DNA of 64,000 nt from Halarcobacter sp. (lineage in GTDB: Bacteria > Campylobacterota > Campylobacteria > Campylobacterales > Arcobacteraceae). Shown here in pieces: positions 16,481 through 25,609 of this stretch (within the stretch, counting starts at the first letter, position 1; every line of letters begins with the position of its first letter). Location: positions 3,540,373 to 3,604,372 of the forward strand of contig CP182352.1 of NCBI GenBank assembly GCA_048571215.1, in the 5' to 3' direction. The notes beneath the pieces are model-generated. The model searched no databases, was not told the origin of the DNA, and worked only from the letters and a program-made list of their open reading frames with translations. A program made the translations under genes and the position numbers.

Positions 16481-18882
16481 TGGAAAATAAATTACTATTT
16501 TCATTAAAAGAGATTGAATCTATTACAGGTGGTAAATGGGTTAATTTTGATGAAAAATTAGTTATAGATGAGTTTGTCCATCTACTACCACATATAAAAG
16601 ACGGGGATCTTTTTATTGTACATTATGCAAATTGGTATAATAAAAAAACAGATAATGAAAAGGATATTCCAAGAGCTATTAAAAAAGGTGCTCGTGCTTT
16701 AATGGTTCAAAAACAAACTGATATATCAAATTTATCTATGCCTGTTTTAGTAGTAGATGACACTTATTATGCCTTAAAAAATTTAGCTTTGTATGCATCC
16801 GAAAAAGCAAGTTCAAAACGAGTTGTTATCACAGGAAGTTATGGAAAAACAGGTTTCAAAAATCACTTATATCATTTGATAAAAGATAAAACAAAAGTAT
16901 TTGCAAGACTTAGTAGTTCAAATAGAGTTGCTTCAACCTATGGAAACTTAGCTTCCCTAAAAAAAGATACAGAAGTTTTATTAGTTGAAATCCCTATTAG
17001 TACTAGAAATAAAACACAAAGACGAGCAGGTTATGTTAGACCTGATATTTGTGTTATAACTTCAATTGGGCATGAACATATAGAAAGACATGCTAGTGTA
17101 AATAATATTATAAAAAAGAAGTGTTCTATTGCTGGAACTTTGCCAGAAGAAGGAAAAATAATTGTACCTAGTGATGGAGAATATAGTGATCTTATAAAAA
17201 AAGAGTTAAGAAAATATGAAGATATAGAGGTTTTAACTTTTGGATATAAAGATAATTGTAATGCTCAGTTATTAAGTGTATGGTACGAGAATTATAGATA
17301 TAAGGTGATTGCTAGAATTGAAGAGGAACTTGTGCAATATGAAGTTCCTTTTGTAGATGATCATGCACCTCTTAGTTCAATATGTGAATTATTGTGTATA
17401 AAACACTTAGGTTTTGATATATATGAATGTGCAAAAAATTATAAAAATATTAAAAATTTTAGAAGTAGTGGGAATTTATATAAATTAGAATATAAAGAAA
17501 AAACCTTTTATCTGTATGACCATAGTAGAAGGGGTGGAGTAGAAGGGTACCGTTCTTTTTTGAAAACAATTAAAAAGATTAATCCTAAGGGAAAAGGAAG
17601 AAAAATATTTGTTACTTCTGAGTTTGTAGATATTCAAGATGGTGAAGAGAAGTTTATAGATAAAAATGAGTTTAAACAATTGATTGAAGAAGCATCAATT
17701 GATCAGTTTTATACAGTAGAAAATTTTAAAGCTGTTCATGAAGATTTAATAAGTGATAAAAAAAAGTGGATACAACACTCTTTAAAAGTTGAAGATTTAA
17801 GAGAAAATTTTCTTAATAATATTCATGAGGGAGATGTTATTTGTATAAAAGCTATATTTGAAAGCTCTCTTCAGCTACTTAGTAAAGATATTTTACACAA
17901 TTCAGAAATATTAAACTCTCAGCAAGAATATAATACAAAGGTTGATTTATTAAAAAACTGTAGGATAATTGATACAAAATATATGGAAAGATTTTATTCT
18001 ATAATGGACAATGCAAAAAAAGAGAATTGGGTTAATTATTTTCCTTTTTTATATACCTTCTCTGCCTCAAAAAGTAGAAAAATTTTACTAAATTTTGAAG
18101 ATGATGTAATGAGTGTTTATTTTTTAAGACATCTAAACAGTAGAAGAAGAGAACCTTTTTTACAATTGTATTTTATACCTATACCTTTTAGTTCTCAAAA
18201 GTTAAAAAAAGCATTAACCTTAGTTAAAGAGTTTAATCATGCATCTTCAAATACAATTCTTTGGTGTGATGCAGAGGATATAAAAAGAGTTAGAGAAAAT
18301 AAAGAATTTGATAAGGTAATAAAATTTAGATATAAGGAGTCTGAGTTTATATATTCTCCACAAAATTATGAAACTTTATCAGGTAGTAAATACAAATATT
18401 TAAGACGACAAATAGGATGGATAAATGCTTTAAAAGATGTAAAAGTAACCTCTTATAAAAAAGAGCATTTAAAAGACTGTTTATCTTTATATGATGATTG
18501 GAAAAAAACTCAAGGTCTTAAATATGAATCTATAGAAGATGAATCTTATACAAAACTTTGTCTTTATCATAGTTTTGATTTTCCTAAAGAGATATTAGAT
18601 GGAATAGTGGTCTTAATAGATAATCAGGTTAAATCTTTTGCTTTTTATGGAAAAATCACAAATGAAATATCAAATATGTTTATTGCAAAAAGTGACCATA
18701 GTATAAGAGGTTTGCAAGTTTTTACAAATTATCAAATATTATTAAGATTAGAAGATTACAAATATGCAAATGCTTCAGGAGGAGATTTAAGTAAAGGTTT
18801 ATACGAATCCAAAAAAAAATTCAGACCTTCAAAAATGCATAAAATTTATAAAGGGGCTGTTAAATTTAGTTTTTTTAGATAA
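16480..18882 (+). CDS. MurF-type Mur ligase fused to a DUF2156 (MprF C-terminal, aminoacyl-tRNA transferase-like) domain
   Basis: Residues 1-~480: P-loop ITGSYGKTGFKN, VITSIGHEHI, and the same length and ends as the two stand-alone paralogs. Residues ~500-800: LSGSKYKYLRRQI...LSLYDDWKK pattern typical of DUF2156. TAATG overlap with the upstream gene. Confidence 0.6.
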   Translation: MENKLLFSLKEIESITGGKWVNFDEKLVIDEFVHLLPHIKDGDLFIVHYANWYNKKTDNEKDIPRAIKKGARALMVQKQTDISNLSMPVLVVDDTYYALKNLALYASEKASSKRVVITGSYGKTGFKNHLYHLIKDKTKVFARLSSSNRVASTYGNLASLKKDTEVLLVEIPISTRNKTQRRAGYVRPDICVITSIGHEHIERHASVNNIIKKKCSIAGTLPEEGKIIVPSDGEYSDLIKKELRKYEDIEVLTFGYKDNCNAQLLSVWYENYRYKVIARIEEELVQYEVPFVDDHAPLSSICELLCIKHLGFDIYECAKNYKNIKNFRSSGNLYKLEYKEKTFYLYDHSRRGGVEGYRSFLKTIKKINPKGKGRKIFVTSEFVDIQDGEEKFIDKNEFKQLIEEASIDQFYTVENFKAVHEDLISDKKKWIQHSLKVEDLRENFLNNIHEGDVICIKAIFESSLQLLSKDILHNSEILNSQQEYNTKVDLLKNCRIIDTKYMERFYSIMDNAKKENWVNYFPFLYTFSASKSRKILLNFEDDVMSVYFLRHLNSRRREPFLQLYFIPIPFSSQKLKKALTLVKEFNHASSNTILWCDAEDIKRVRENKEFDKVIKFRYKESEFIYSPQNYETLSGSKYKYLRRQIGWINALKDVKVTSYKKEHLKDCLSLYDDWKKTQGLKYESIEDESYTKLCLYHSFDFPKEILDGIVVLIDNQVKSFAFYGKITNEISNMFIAKSDHSIRGLQVFTNYQILLRLEDYKYANASGGDLSKGLYESKKKFRPSKMHKIYKGAVKFSFFR

Positions 18883-18910
18883 TATTTAAATATTAAATAA
18901 GAGGATATGT

Positions 18911-20359
18911 ATGATTGTATTAAATAATAGTGAAATTGAAGAAGCAACAAAAGGGACTTGGATAAATAAAATTGATGAATTAGATATAAAAAGAGTAATA
19001 TTTAGTAGTACAAAAATTCAAAATTCAGATTTTTATTTCCCATACAATCAAGAAAAATTTCTAGAAGACAGTGAAGAAAATATCAATTTAATAAATAGAG
19101 TATTTAAAAAAGGTGCTATTGCTATAGCTTTACCTAAAAATTCCAAAATAAAAATTGACAAACCAACCCTTCTTGTTGATCATTTAAGAGATTCTTTTAG
19201 AGATTTAGCATTAGCTTCTACTAATAAAACCCAAGCAACAAAAATTTTAGTAACTGGTTCCTATGGAAAAACAGGATTTAAAAATCAACTTTATACTTTG
19301 ATAAATGAGTTTAAAAACACTTTTACTTTTTTAGATTCTGCAAATAAAAGTCTTCCTATATATAAAACTTTAAGTTCAATTCCTAGTGATTGTGAAGTTG
19401 CTATAGTTGAAGTTGCTGCTCCTGGCTATGAGATATCAAAAAAAAGAGCCAATTATGTGAAACCAGATATTGCAGTTATAACAAATATTGGGCCTGAACA
19501 TTTAAGACAACATGGTGGTAGTATTGAAAATGTTATTGAGAATAAATCAAGAGTTGCATATGGACTTAAAGATAATGGTTTGATAATAATTCCTAACCAA
19601 AAAGAATATAATACAAAAGAAAAAATGACTAAGTATATCCATGAGATAAACCCTACACTAGAAATATTGAGTTTTGGAGAAGATAGTGATAATAATGCAT
19701 ATATTTTAGAAAAAAACTTTTTAGATGTAGGATGGAATTTAAAAATAAAAATAAATGATAAAGAAATAGATTTTACACTACCTTTTTTAGAAGAGTATTC
19801 AGTAAAAGCAACTTTACCTATTTTATTAGTTTGTGATTACTTAGATTTAGATTTAAAGCAGATTGTTACAAAATATAAAAACTATACACACTTTGCAAGT
19901 AGTGGAAACTTTTATAAGGTAACTTCATATGAAAAAACCTTTTATCTTTATGATCAAAGTATTAGGGGAATATTAGATGGATTCAAAGAGACTTTAAAAG
20001 TAATTAGTCAAATGAAACCTCAAAAAAAGGGAAAGAAAATAGCACTTTTTTCTGAGTTTATAAATTTTGATGAGAGTTCGGTTGATGTTGTTAATTTGGA
20101 TGAGTTTAAACTTTTGTTTAAAAATTCAGGTTTAAAATCATTATTTACAATCAATAAGTTTTGTGAGCATATAAATGTATTGCATGATAAATCAATATGG
20201 AAAGAGCATAGATTTAGTATAAATGATATTATGGATAAAGTTATAGCTGATATAGAAGATGATGATATGCTTTTTATTCGTGCGACTCAAGAAAGTAAAG
20301 CAGACACTTTAGTAAAAAATATCTTGGATAATGCAAGTAGTGTAGAACAATATTATTAA
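18911..20359 (+). CDS. Divergent MurF-type Mur ligase family protein (paralog 2)
   Basis: VTGSYGKTGFKNQ P-loop, VITNIGPEHLRQHG, YLYDQSIRG in place of the canonical DxSYNANP. Confidence 0.7.
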   Translation: MIVLNNSEIEEATKGTWINKIDELDIKRVIFSSTKIQNSDFYFPYNQEKFLEDSEENINLINRVFKKGAIAIALPKNSKIKIDKPTLLVDHLRDSFRDLALASTNKTQATKILVTGSYGKTGFKNQLYTLINEFKNTFTFLDSANKSLPIYKTLSSIPSDCEVAIVEVAAPGYEISKKRANYVKPDIAVITNIGPEHLRQHGGSIENVIENKSRVAYGLKDNGLIIIPNQKEYNTKEKMTKYIHEINPTLEILSFGEDSDNNAYILEKNFLDVGWNLKIKINDKEIDFTLPFLEEYSVKATLPILLVCDYLDLDLKQIVTKYKNYTHFASSGNFYKVTSYEKTFYLYDQSIRGILDGFKETLKVISQMKPQKKGKKIALFSEFINFDESSVDVVNLDEFKLLFKNSGLKSLFTINKFCEHINVLHDKSIWKEHRFSINDIMDKVIADIEDDDMLFIRATQESKADTLVKNILDNASSVEQYY

Positions 20360-20377
20360 AATAGATGTGGAATTAAG

Positions 20378-21133
20378 ATGATTAATATAATAACAAACCC
20401 TTTTTTAAAAAAAAGATATTTTTCCGACTTTTCAAATGAATATATTATAAAAAGTAATACTAGTTTGAGTGGAGCAATTTTATTAATGTTTAGTCTAACA
20501 GTAGTTTCATTTGTATTCTTTTGGATATTTTCAAATGAACTACTTATAAACAGTACTCCTATAGCTATAGAAAATGTAAAGAATTTTTCTTTTGTAAGTG
20601 GAGTGATCTCTTTTATTATAGCTTTTTTTGCATATTATAAGCCAGGATTATCTCCAATCTTAGCACCCTTATATGCAGTTTTTTCGGGTATTTTTATCTC
20701 AGGTCTGAGTTTTGCTGCAGAACAAAAGTTTCCAGGTATTGCAATGCTAACTGCTGAAGTTACTTTAACAACTTTTATTATTGTTTATATTGGATATAAG
20801 ATTGGTATTATTAAAGTAACACAAAAATTTAAATCTATAGTTTATTCACTTATTGGGATTATATCATTTTTGTATTTATTGAGTTTCATCTTAATGCTTT
20901 TTAATACCACTATCCCTTTGATTCACGAAGCAGGTATAGGTGGAGTAATATGGACTTTTTTTATTATGGCTACAGCTTCATTTCATCTTGCAATAGATAT
21001 AGATAAGGTAGAAAAATCTAATACTAACAAAGGGTATGAAAACTGGAACTTAGCTTTAGGATTAATGGTATCTTTGATATGGCTTTATTTTTCAACTTTA
21101 AGATTTTTATCTCGAATTAAGAGTCTAAAATAG
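20378..21133 (+). CDS. Polytopic membrane protein, Bax-inhibitor-1-like (Bax1-I_2-type)
   Basis: About 7 predicted TM helices. N-terminal NPFLKKRYF resembles the SNPxL start of BI-1-like proteins. Confidence 0.4.
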   Translation: MINIITNPFLKKRYFSDFSNEYIIKSNTSLSGAILLMFSLTVVSFVFFWIFSNELLINSTPIAIENVKNFSFVSGVISFIIAFFAYYKPGLSPILAPLYAVFSGIFISGLSFAAEQKFPGIAMLTAEVTLTTFIIVYIGYKIGIIKVTQKFKSIVYSLIGIISFLYLLSFILMLFNTTIPLIHEAGIGGVIWTFFIMATASFHLAIDIDKVEKSNTNKGYENWNLALGLMVSLIWLYFSTLRFLSRIKSLK

Positions 21134-21210
21134 GGATTTGAAATGAAATATTTTAAGCTAATATAGGGAATTTTTTGGTATTATTATTGGCAAAAGAGGG
21201 ATATTAAAAT

Positions 21211-22914
21211 ATGCAAATATTATTTTTGACAGATCAAAATATTAATGAAAAATATTCTAAAGTTATTTTACAATATAACAAAGCACTTACTCAAAATATC
21301 TTATTAGTTAATTATTCTTCCCTATATGAAAAACAAAAGTTTATTTATGCAAAAGAGTGTATGGTATTAAATAAAGAGGAAGTGCTTACTGACGTACTTC
21401 TTTCCCCATCTATTGTTATTGATTTAAGTCAAACTTTAGAATATACAATTTTAGAAAAATATTTAAAAACATGTTGGGTAAATGTACAACAAGCATTTTT
21501 CCAAAAAGATGAAGCAAAACAAAACTCCATTGGAAGCATAGAATCTTCTGCAAAAGTATCAAATTGTATTTGTTATACCAATAATAATGAAGCACCAATA
21601 TTAAAAGTTATTGAAGATAGTATTAATTTATCTTCAGACAATAAAATATTAAGCCCTTTTAACACAATTGGATTAATCGAACAAGCTATTACTGAATTTT
21701 TTGCAGATATAAATTATTTTAGTCAATTTGAGTGGCCTAGAAATAAGGATATTTCAAATCATCAAAGTACAGTATTCTTTGTACAATTTGAAGTTTTTGA
21801 AAGATTTGGTGATTTTATAGTAGAAAATATTCAATATCAATCTTTAAATTATGAACAACTCATATCTTATAATAATCATTTTCTTTTTAAATATATTGAT
21901 GATTTATTAGACTTTAGACTTGATAGGTATATCCAACAAGTAAAATTTAGAACACATATTATAAAGCTTTGTGAAAAATATAAAATAGATTTAGAACCTT
22001 CATATTATAAAACTTTTGTACTTACCAAAGATAATCATATTGGACTACAACGTAGATATTATGGATCACTTAATAGTAAAAGAGGTATAAATATTATAAA
22101 TGATAAACATAAGACTAATACTTTTTTAAGAGAAAATGGTTTTAATGCTAACTTATCTTATGAATATACACTAAAGCAATTACTTGAAGAGGAAGTAATT
22201 GATAATTTGCCAATTGATTATCCCCTAACTTTAAAACCTACGGATAAAAAAGAGGGTTATGGGGTTGTAACTAATATTCCCAATAAAAAGCGTATGAAAA
22301 TCTCTATCAAAAAAATGTTAAACTTAGAGGATATCAATTCAGTTTTAATTGAAGAGTTTTTTGAGGGTGTAACCTATCGAGTATTAGTTGTTAGTGGTGA
22401 AGTTACGGCAGTACTTAAATATATCCCAGCATCTATTTTAGGAGATGGAGAGAGTAGTATTGAAGAGCTTATAAAAAATAAAAATCTTATTTCTAAGTCA
22501 AGAGTAAGGATAAATAATGCTCTTAGATTAAGTATTTTTAATGATGAAAAAAGATGGGAAACTGTATTACCTGAAGGGAAGAAATATATTATAAGTCATA
22601 ATTCCCATGCATCAAATGGGGGACAATCAATAAATGTTACTAATCTTTTTGATGAAAAGTATAAAAAAGTTTGTTCTCAAGCATGTAAAAGCTTAGGATT
22701 GAAAATGGCAGGTATCGATATGATAGTAAACTCAGCTGGAGATTATAGAATTATTGAGATAAATTGTGGTCCTGCTTTGGCAACACATGTTAATCCTAAA
22801 CATGGCTCTTCTATTAAAACATATACAAAAGTCTTATATTCACTGTTAGAAGAGGTGGATATTGAAAAAGATGAAAATAGTTATCTAAAAGATTTAGTAC
22901 CATATCATAAATAA
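21211..22914 (+). CDS. ATP-grasp ligase, cyanophycin-synthetase G-domain-like, with ~270-aa N-terminal domain of unknown function
   Basis: LTLKPTDKKEGYGV, VLIEEFFEGVTYRVLVVSGEVTAVLKYIPASILGDGESSIEELI, HNSHASNGGQSINVT, GIDMIV...YRIIEINCGPAL..HVNPKHG. The order and spacing follow the CphA1 G domain. Confidence 0.65.
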   Translation: MQILFLTDQNINEKYSKVILQYNKALTQNILLVNYSSLYEKQKFIYAKECMVLNKEEVLTDVLLSPSIVIDLSQTLEYTILEKYLKTCWVNVQQAFFQKDEAKQNSIGSIESSAKVSNCICYTNNNEAPILKVIEDSINLSSDNKILSPFNTIGLIEQAITEFFADINYFSQFEWPRNKDISNHQSTVFFVQFEVFERFGDFIVENIQYQSLNYEQLISYNNHFLFKYIDDLLDFRLDRYIQQVKFRTHIIKLCEKYKIDLEPSYYKTFVLTKDNHIGLQRRYYGSLNSKRGINIINDKHKTNTFLRENGFNANLSYEYTLKQLLEEEVIDNLPIDYPLTLKPTDKKEGYGVVTNIPNKKRMKISIKKMLNLEDINSVLIEEFFEGVTYRVLVVSGEVTAVLKYIPASILGDGESSIEELIKNKNLISKSRVRINNALRLSIFNDEKRWETVLPEGKKYIISHNSHASNGGQSINVTNLFDEKYKKVCSQACKSLGLKMAGIDMIVNSAGDYRIIEINCGPALATHVNPKHGSSIKTYTKVLYSLLEEVDIEKDENSYLKDLVPYHK

Positions 22915-22938
22915 GTAAGAAAGGATAAAATAAAAATT

Positions 22939-23889
22939 ATGAGTAAATTAAATATATTAAAAGAGTTTGATCATCGACAGTTATTCCGTTTCTTTGTAGA
23001 TGGGCGTTTATATGTAAAAGAAAATGGTTGGGAAGGTTATGAAAGTAGACAACCTGGATGCATAAAAGGGATGAGCCTATCTTATGCCCATATGGTTAAT
23101 AACTTTGAATTAAAAGATGGTTTAACTTTGGAATATATATCTAAATTACATGACCTTACATTTTATAATATTGAAAAAAAATTACGTAGAAATCGTTACC
23201 CTGGTGAGATTAGAGAGTTTAGAATTAGTTTTCTTGTTAAACCTGTTATTACAAAGGGTGGTATAGCAGAGTTAATGGGAGATAGAACAGTTGTTGATGC
23301 TTTTAAAAAGGGTATAAGAGGGTGTAATACTGCAGAAGATATATATAATGCTATTATGGCTGGGAAAAAAATCCGTTATATTTCAGAAGTTGGTTATTTA
23401 ACACCAGAATTAAATCAAGCATCTTTGGATAGAGAGCCAAAAGATTTATATCTTAAAGCAAGAGCACAAGTTAAAAAGAATATTACAGAAAAAACATTAC
23501 AACTTATTAATGAGTATAATGAAAAAATCAATACTTTAGAGGAAGAAGAGAAAATCTATTTTATTGTAGATGTAATTAAAAGATTAGAAAGATTACACCC
23601 TTTTGTTGATGGAAATATTCGTGTATTTGTTACTATTTTACTAAACCATTTATTGATGTTAAATGATTTTTATCCAGCTATTTTTGAAGAACCAAGTGTT
23701 TTTGATGCTTATACAACAAAGGAGATAGTAGAAGAGGTTAAAAAGGGGCAAGAGTTAGTTAAACAATTGATTGATAATCCAGAGAGTAGAGTATTTGGAC
23801 ATTCAATAACTGATGAAAGTGAAGAAAACATTTCAACAATTTGTGAGTTGATGTCTGAATTTTCAGAAGCAATAAAAAATCATAATTAA
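22939..23889 (+). CDS. Fic-domain protein with non-canonical active-site motif
   Basis: HPFVDGNIRVFV versus canonical HxFx(D/E)GNGRxxR. His, Phe, Asp, Gly, Asn and the first Arg are kept; the second Gly and the last Arg are replaced. Confidence 0.65.
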   Translation: MSKLNILKEFDHRQLFRFFVDGRLYVKENGWEGYESRQPGCIKGMSLSYAHMVNNFELKDGLTLEYISKLHDLTFYNIEKKLRRNRYPGEIREFRISFLVKPVITKGGIAELMGDRTVVDAFKKGIRGCNTAEDIYNAIMAGKKIRYISEVGYLTPELNQASLDREPKDLYLKARAQVKKNITEKTLQLINEYNEKINTLEEEEKIYFIVDVIKRLERLHPFVDGNIRVFVTILLNHLLMLNDFYPAIFEEPSVFDAYTTKEIVEEVKKGQELVKQLIDNPESRVFGHSITDESEENISTICELMSEFSEAIKNHN

Positions 23890-23895
23890 TCAAAC

Positions 23896-25575
23896 ATGCA
23901 AATTTTATTTTTAGTTGAAGATAAAGAAAATTTATGGGAAGAGTCTCGTATTAAATTAGAGCCCCTTTTAAAATATAATAAGTCTTTATCTCAAAATATT
24001 TTATTATCAGATTGTGCTTATATTTCTAATGGTTTTTCAAGTAAATGTTTAGTCGTAAATACAAACGAGATGAAAAAACTTGTAATGTTATCACCCTCTT
24101 TGATTGTAAATCTTTATAATAAAAAATCTCAATTGGATATTGAAGCATATTTTCGTGTCAAATGGCCTAGTGCACAAATAGTTTGTTGGAATAAAAAATA
24201 TTTAGATAAAAGATATTTTGATAATTTTATAGATGAAAAAGATATTATAGAATCTATAGCATATACAACAAATTTAGAAGCACCAAAATTTAAATTACTT
24301 AGTAAAACTGTTAAAGATGAAGATTTTATTGGTCTTATTGAGCAAGCAGTAACTGAGTATTTCTCAGATAGAAACTTTTACAAATCTTTTAAATTACTTC
24401 AAACAAGTAAGATTTTAAAAAACCGTAGTATTATCTTTAAATTTCAATATAAAATTATAAAAGAAAATGCTGATTATACTATTAAAATCAATTCTGTATC
24501 TTTACTTAGTTTTTTTGATTTAGTTGAATTGGATATAAATTATGTTTATGAGTATTTTGATGAGGTATTAGATTTTAGATATAAATATTATATAGAACAA
24601 GTTAAATTAAGACAATATATAGATGATTTATGTAAAAAGCATAATATTAATCTTGAACCCTCAATTTTTAGAACTTTTGTTTTATCAAAAGATGATAAAT
24701 TAGGATTACATAGACCATATTTTGGTGGAGTTAATGACTTAGAAGGTATAAAAACAATTAATGATAAACATTTAACGAATGTTATTTTAAAAGAGAAAGG
24801 GTTTAAAACAAATATCTCTTATGAATATTCATTAGATGAACTCAATAATGAAAAAGTTATTGAAGAGATTCCTTTGGAGTATCCATTGGTTTTAAAACCA
24901 ACAGATAAGAAAAAAGGATATGGTGTAGTAACAAATATTTTAAATCCAGAAAAAATGCTTTTTTCAGTTAAGGAACTAATGAAACTAGGAGATATAAAAC
25001 CTGTTTTAATTGAAGAGTTTTTTGTTGGTATGACATATCGTGTTTTAGTAGTTGCAGAAGAGGTAATTGCTGTACTTAAATTTATGCCTACTTATATTGT
25101 AGGAAATGGAAAATTAACTATTAAAGAGTTGATACTATCAAAAAATATACTTTTAAGATCTCGTATTCGTATAAATGATGCCTTAGAGTTGAATCTTTTA
25201 AATGATGGGTATAATTATAGTACAATATTAGAAAATGGTCATAAATATATTCTTAGTCATAACTCTCATGCTTCAATGGGTGGACAAGCTACTAATGTAA
25301 CTGATATATTTAGTGATGAATTAAAACAAATATCATGTGAAGTTACTAAAAGTTTAGGTTTAACACATACAGGAATAGATATGAATGTAAATGCTCAAGG
25401 AGATTATCGTATATTAGAAGTTAATTGTGCTCCAGCATTATCATCACATTTATATCCTAAATATGGAACATCAATTGATACTTATAGCAAAGTTTTAGAA
25501 GCTTTTTTTACTCATACTGACTTACAAAGAGTAGAAAATAAATATCTTCCCGAAATGTTTAAATATCATAAGTAA
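23896..25575 (+). CDS. ATP-grasp ligase, cyanophycin-synthetase G-domain-like (paralog of 21211..22914)
   Basis: Collinear with the paralog from MQILFL to the terminal YHK. VLKPTDKKKGYGV, YRVLVVAEEVIAVLKFMPTYIVGNGKLTIKELI, HNSHASMGGQATNVT, GIDMNV...YRILEVNCAPAL. Confidence 0.65.
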   Translation: MQILFLVEDKENLWEESRIKLEPLLKYNKSLSQNILLSDCAYISNGFSSKCLVVNTNEMKKLVMLSPSLIVNLYNKKSQLDIEAYFRVKWPSAQIVCWNKKYLDKRYFDNFIDEKDIIESIAYTTNLEAPKFKLLSKTVKDEDFIGLIEQAVTEYFSDRNFYKSFKLLQTSKILKNRSIIFKFQYKIIKENADYTIKINSVSLLSFFDLVELDINYVYEYFDEVLDFRYKYYIEQVKLRQYIDDLCKKHNINLEPSIFRTFVLSKDDKLGLHRPYFGGVNDLEGIKTINDKHLTNVILKEKGFKTNISYEYSLDELNNEKVIEEIPLEYPLVLKPTDKKKGYGVVTNILNPEKMLFSVKELMKLGDIKPVLIEEFFVGMTYRVLVVAEEVIAVLKFMPTYIVGNGKLTIKELILSKNILLRSRIRINDALELNLLNDGYNYSTILENGHKYILSHNSHASMGGQATNVTDIFSDELKQISCEVTKSLGLTHTGIDMNVNAQGDYRILEVNCAPALSSHLYPKYGTSIDTYSKVLEAFFTHTDLQRVENKYLPEMFKYHK

Positions 25576-25609
25576 GTAAATCAAGAAGATAAAAAAGGAG
25601 AACTGTAAT

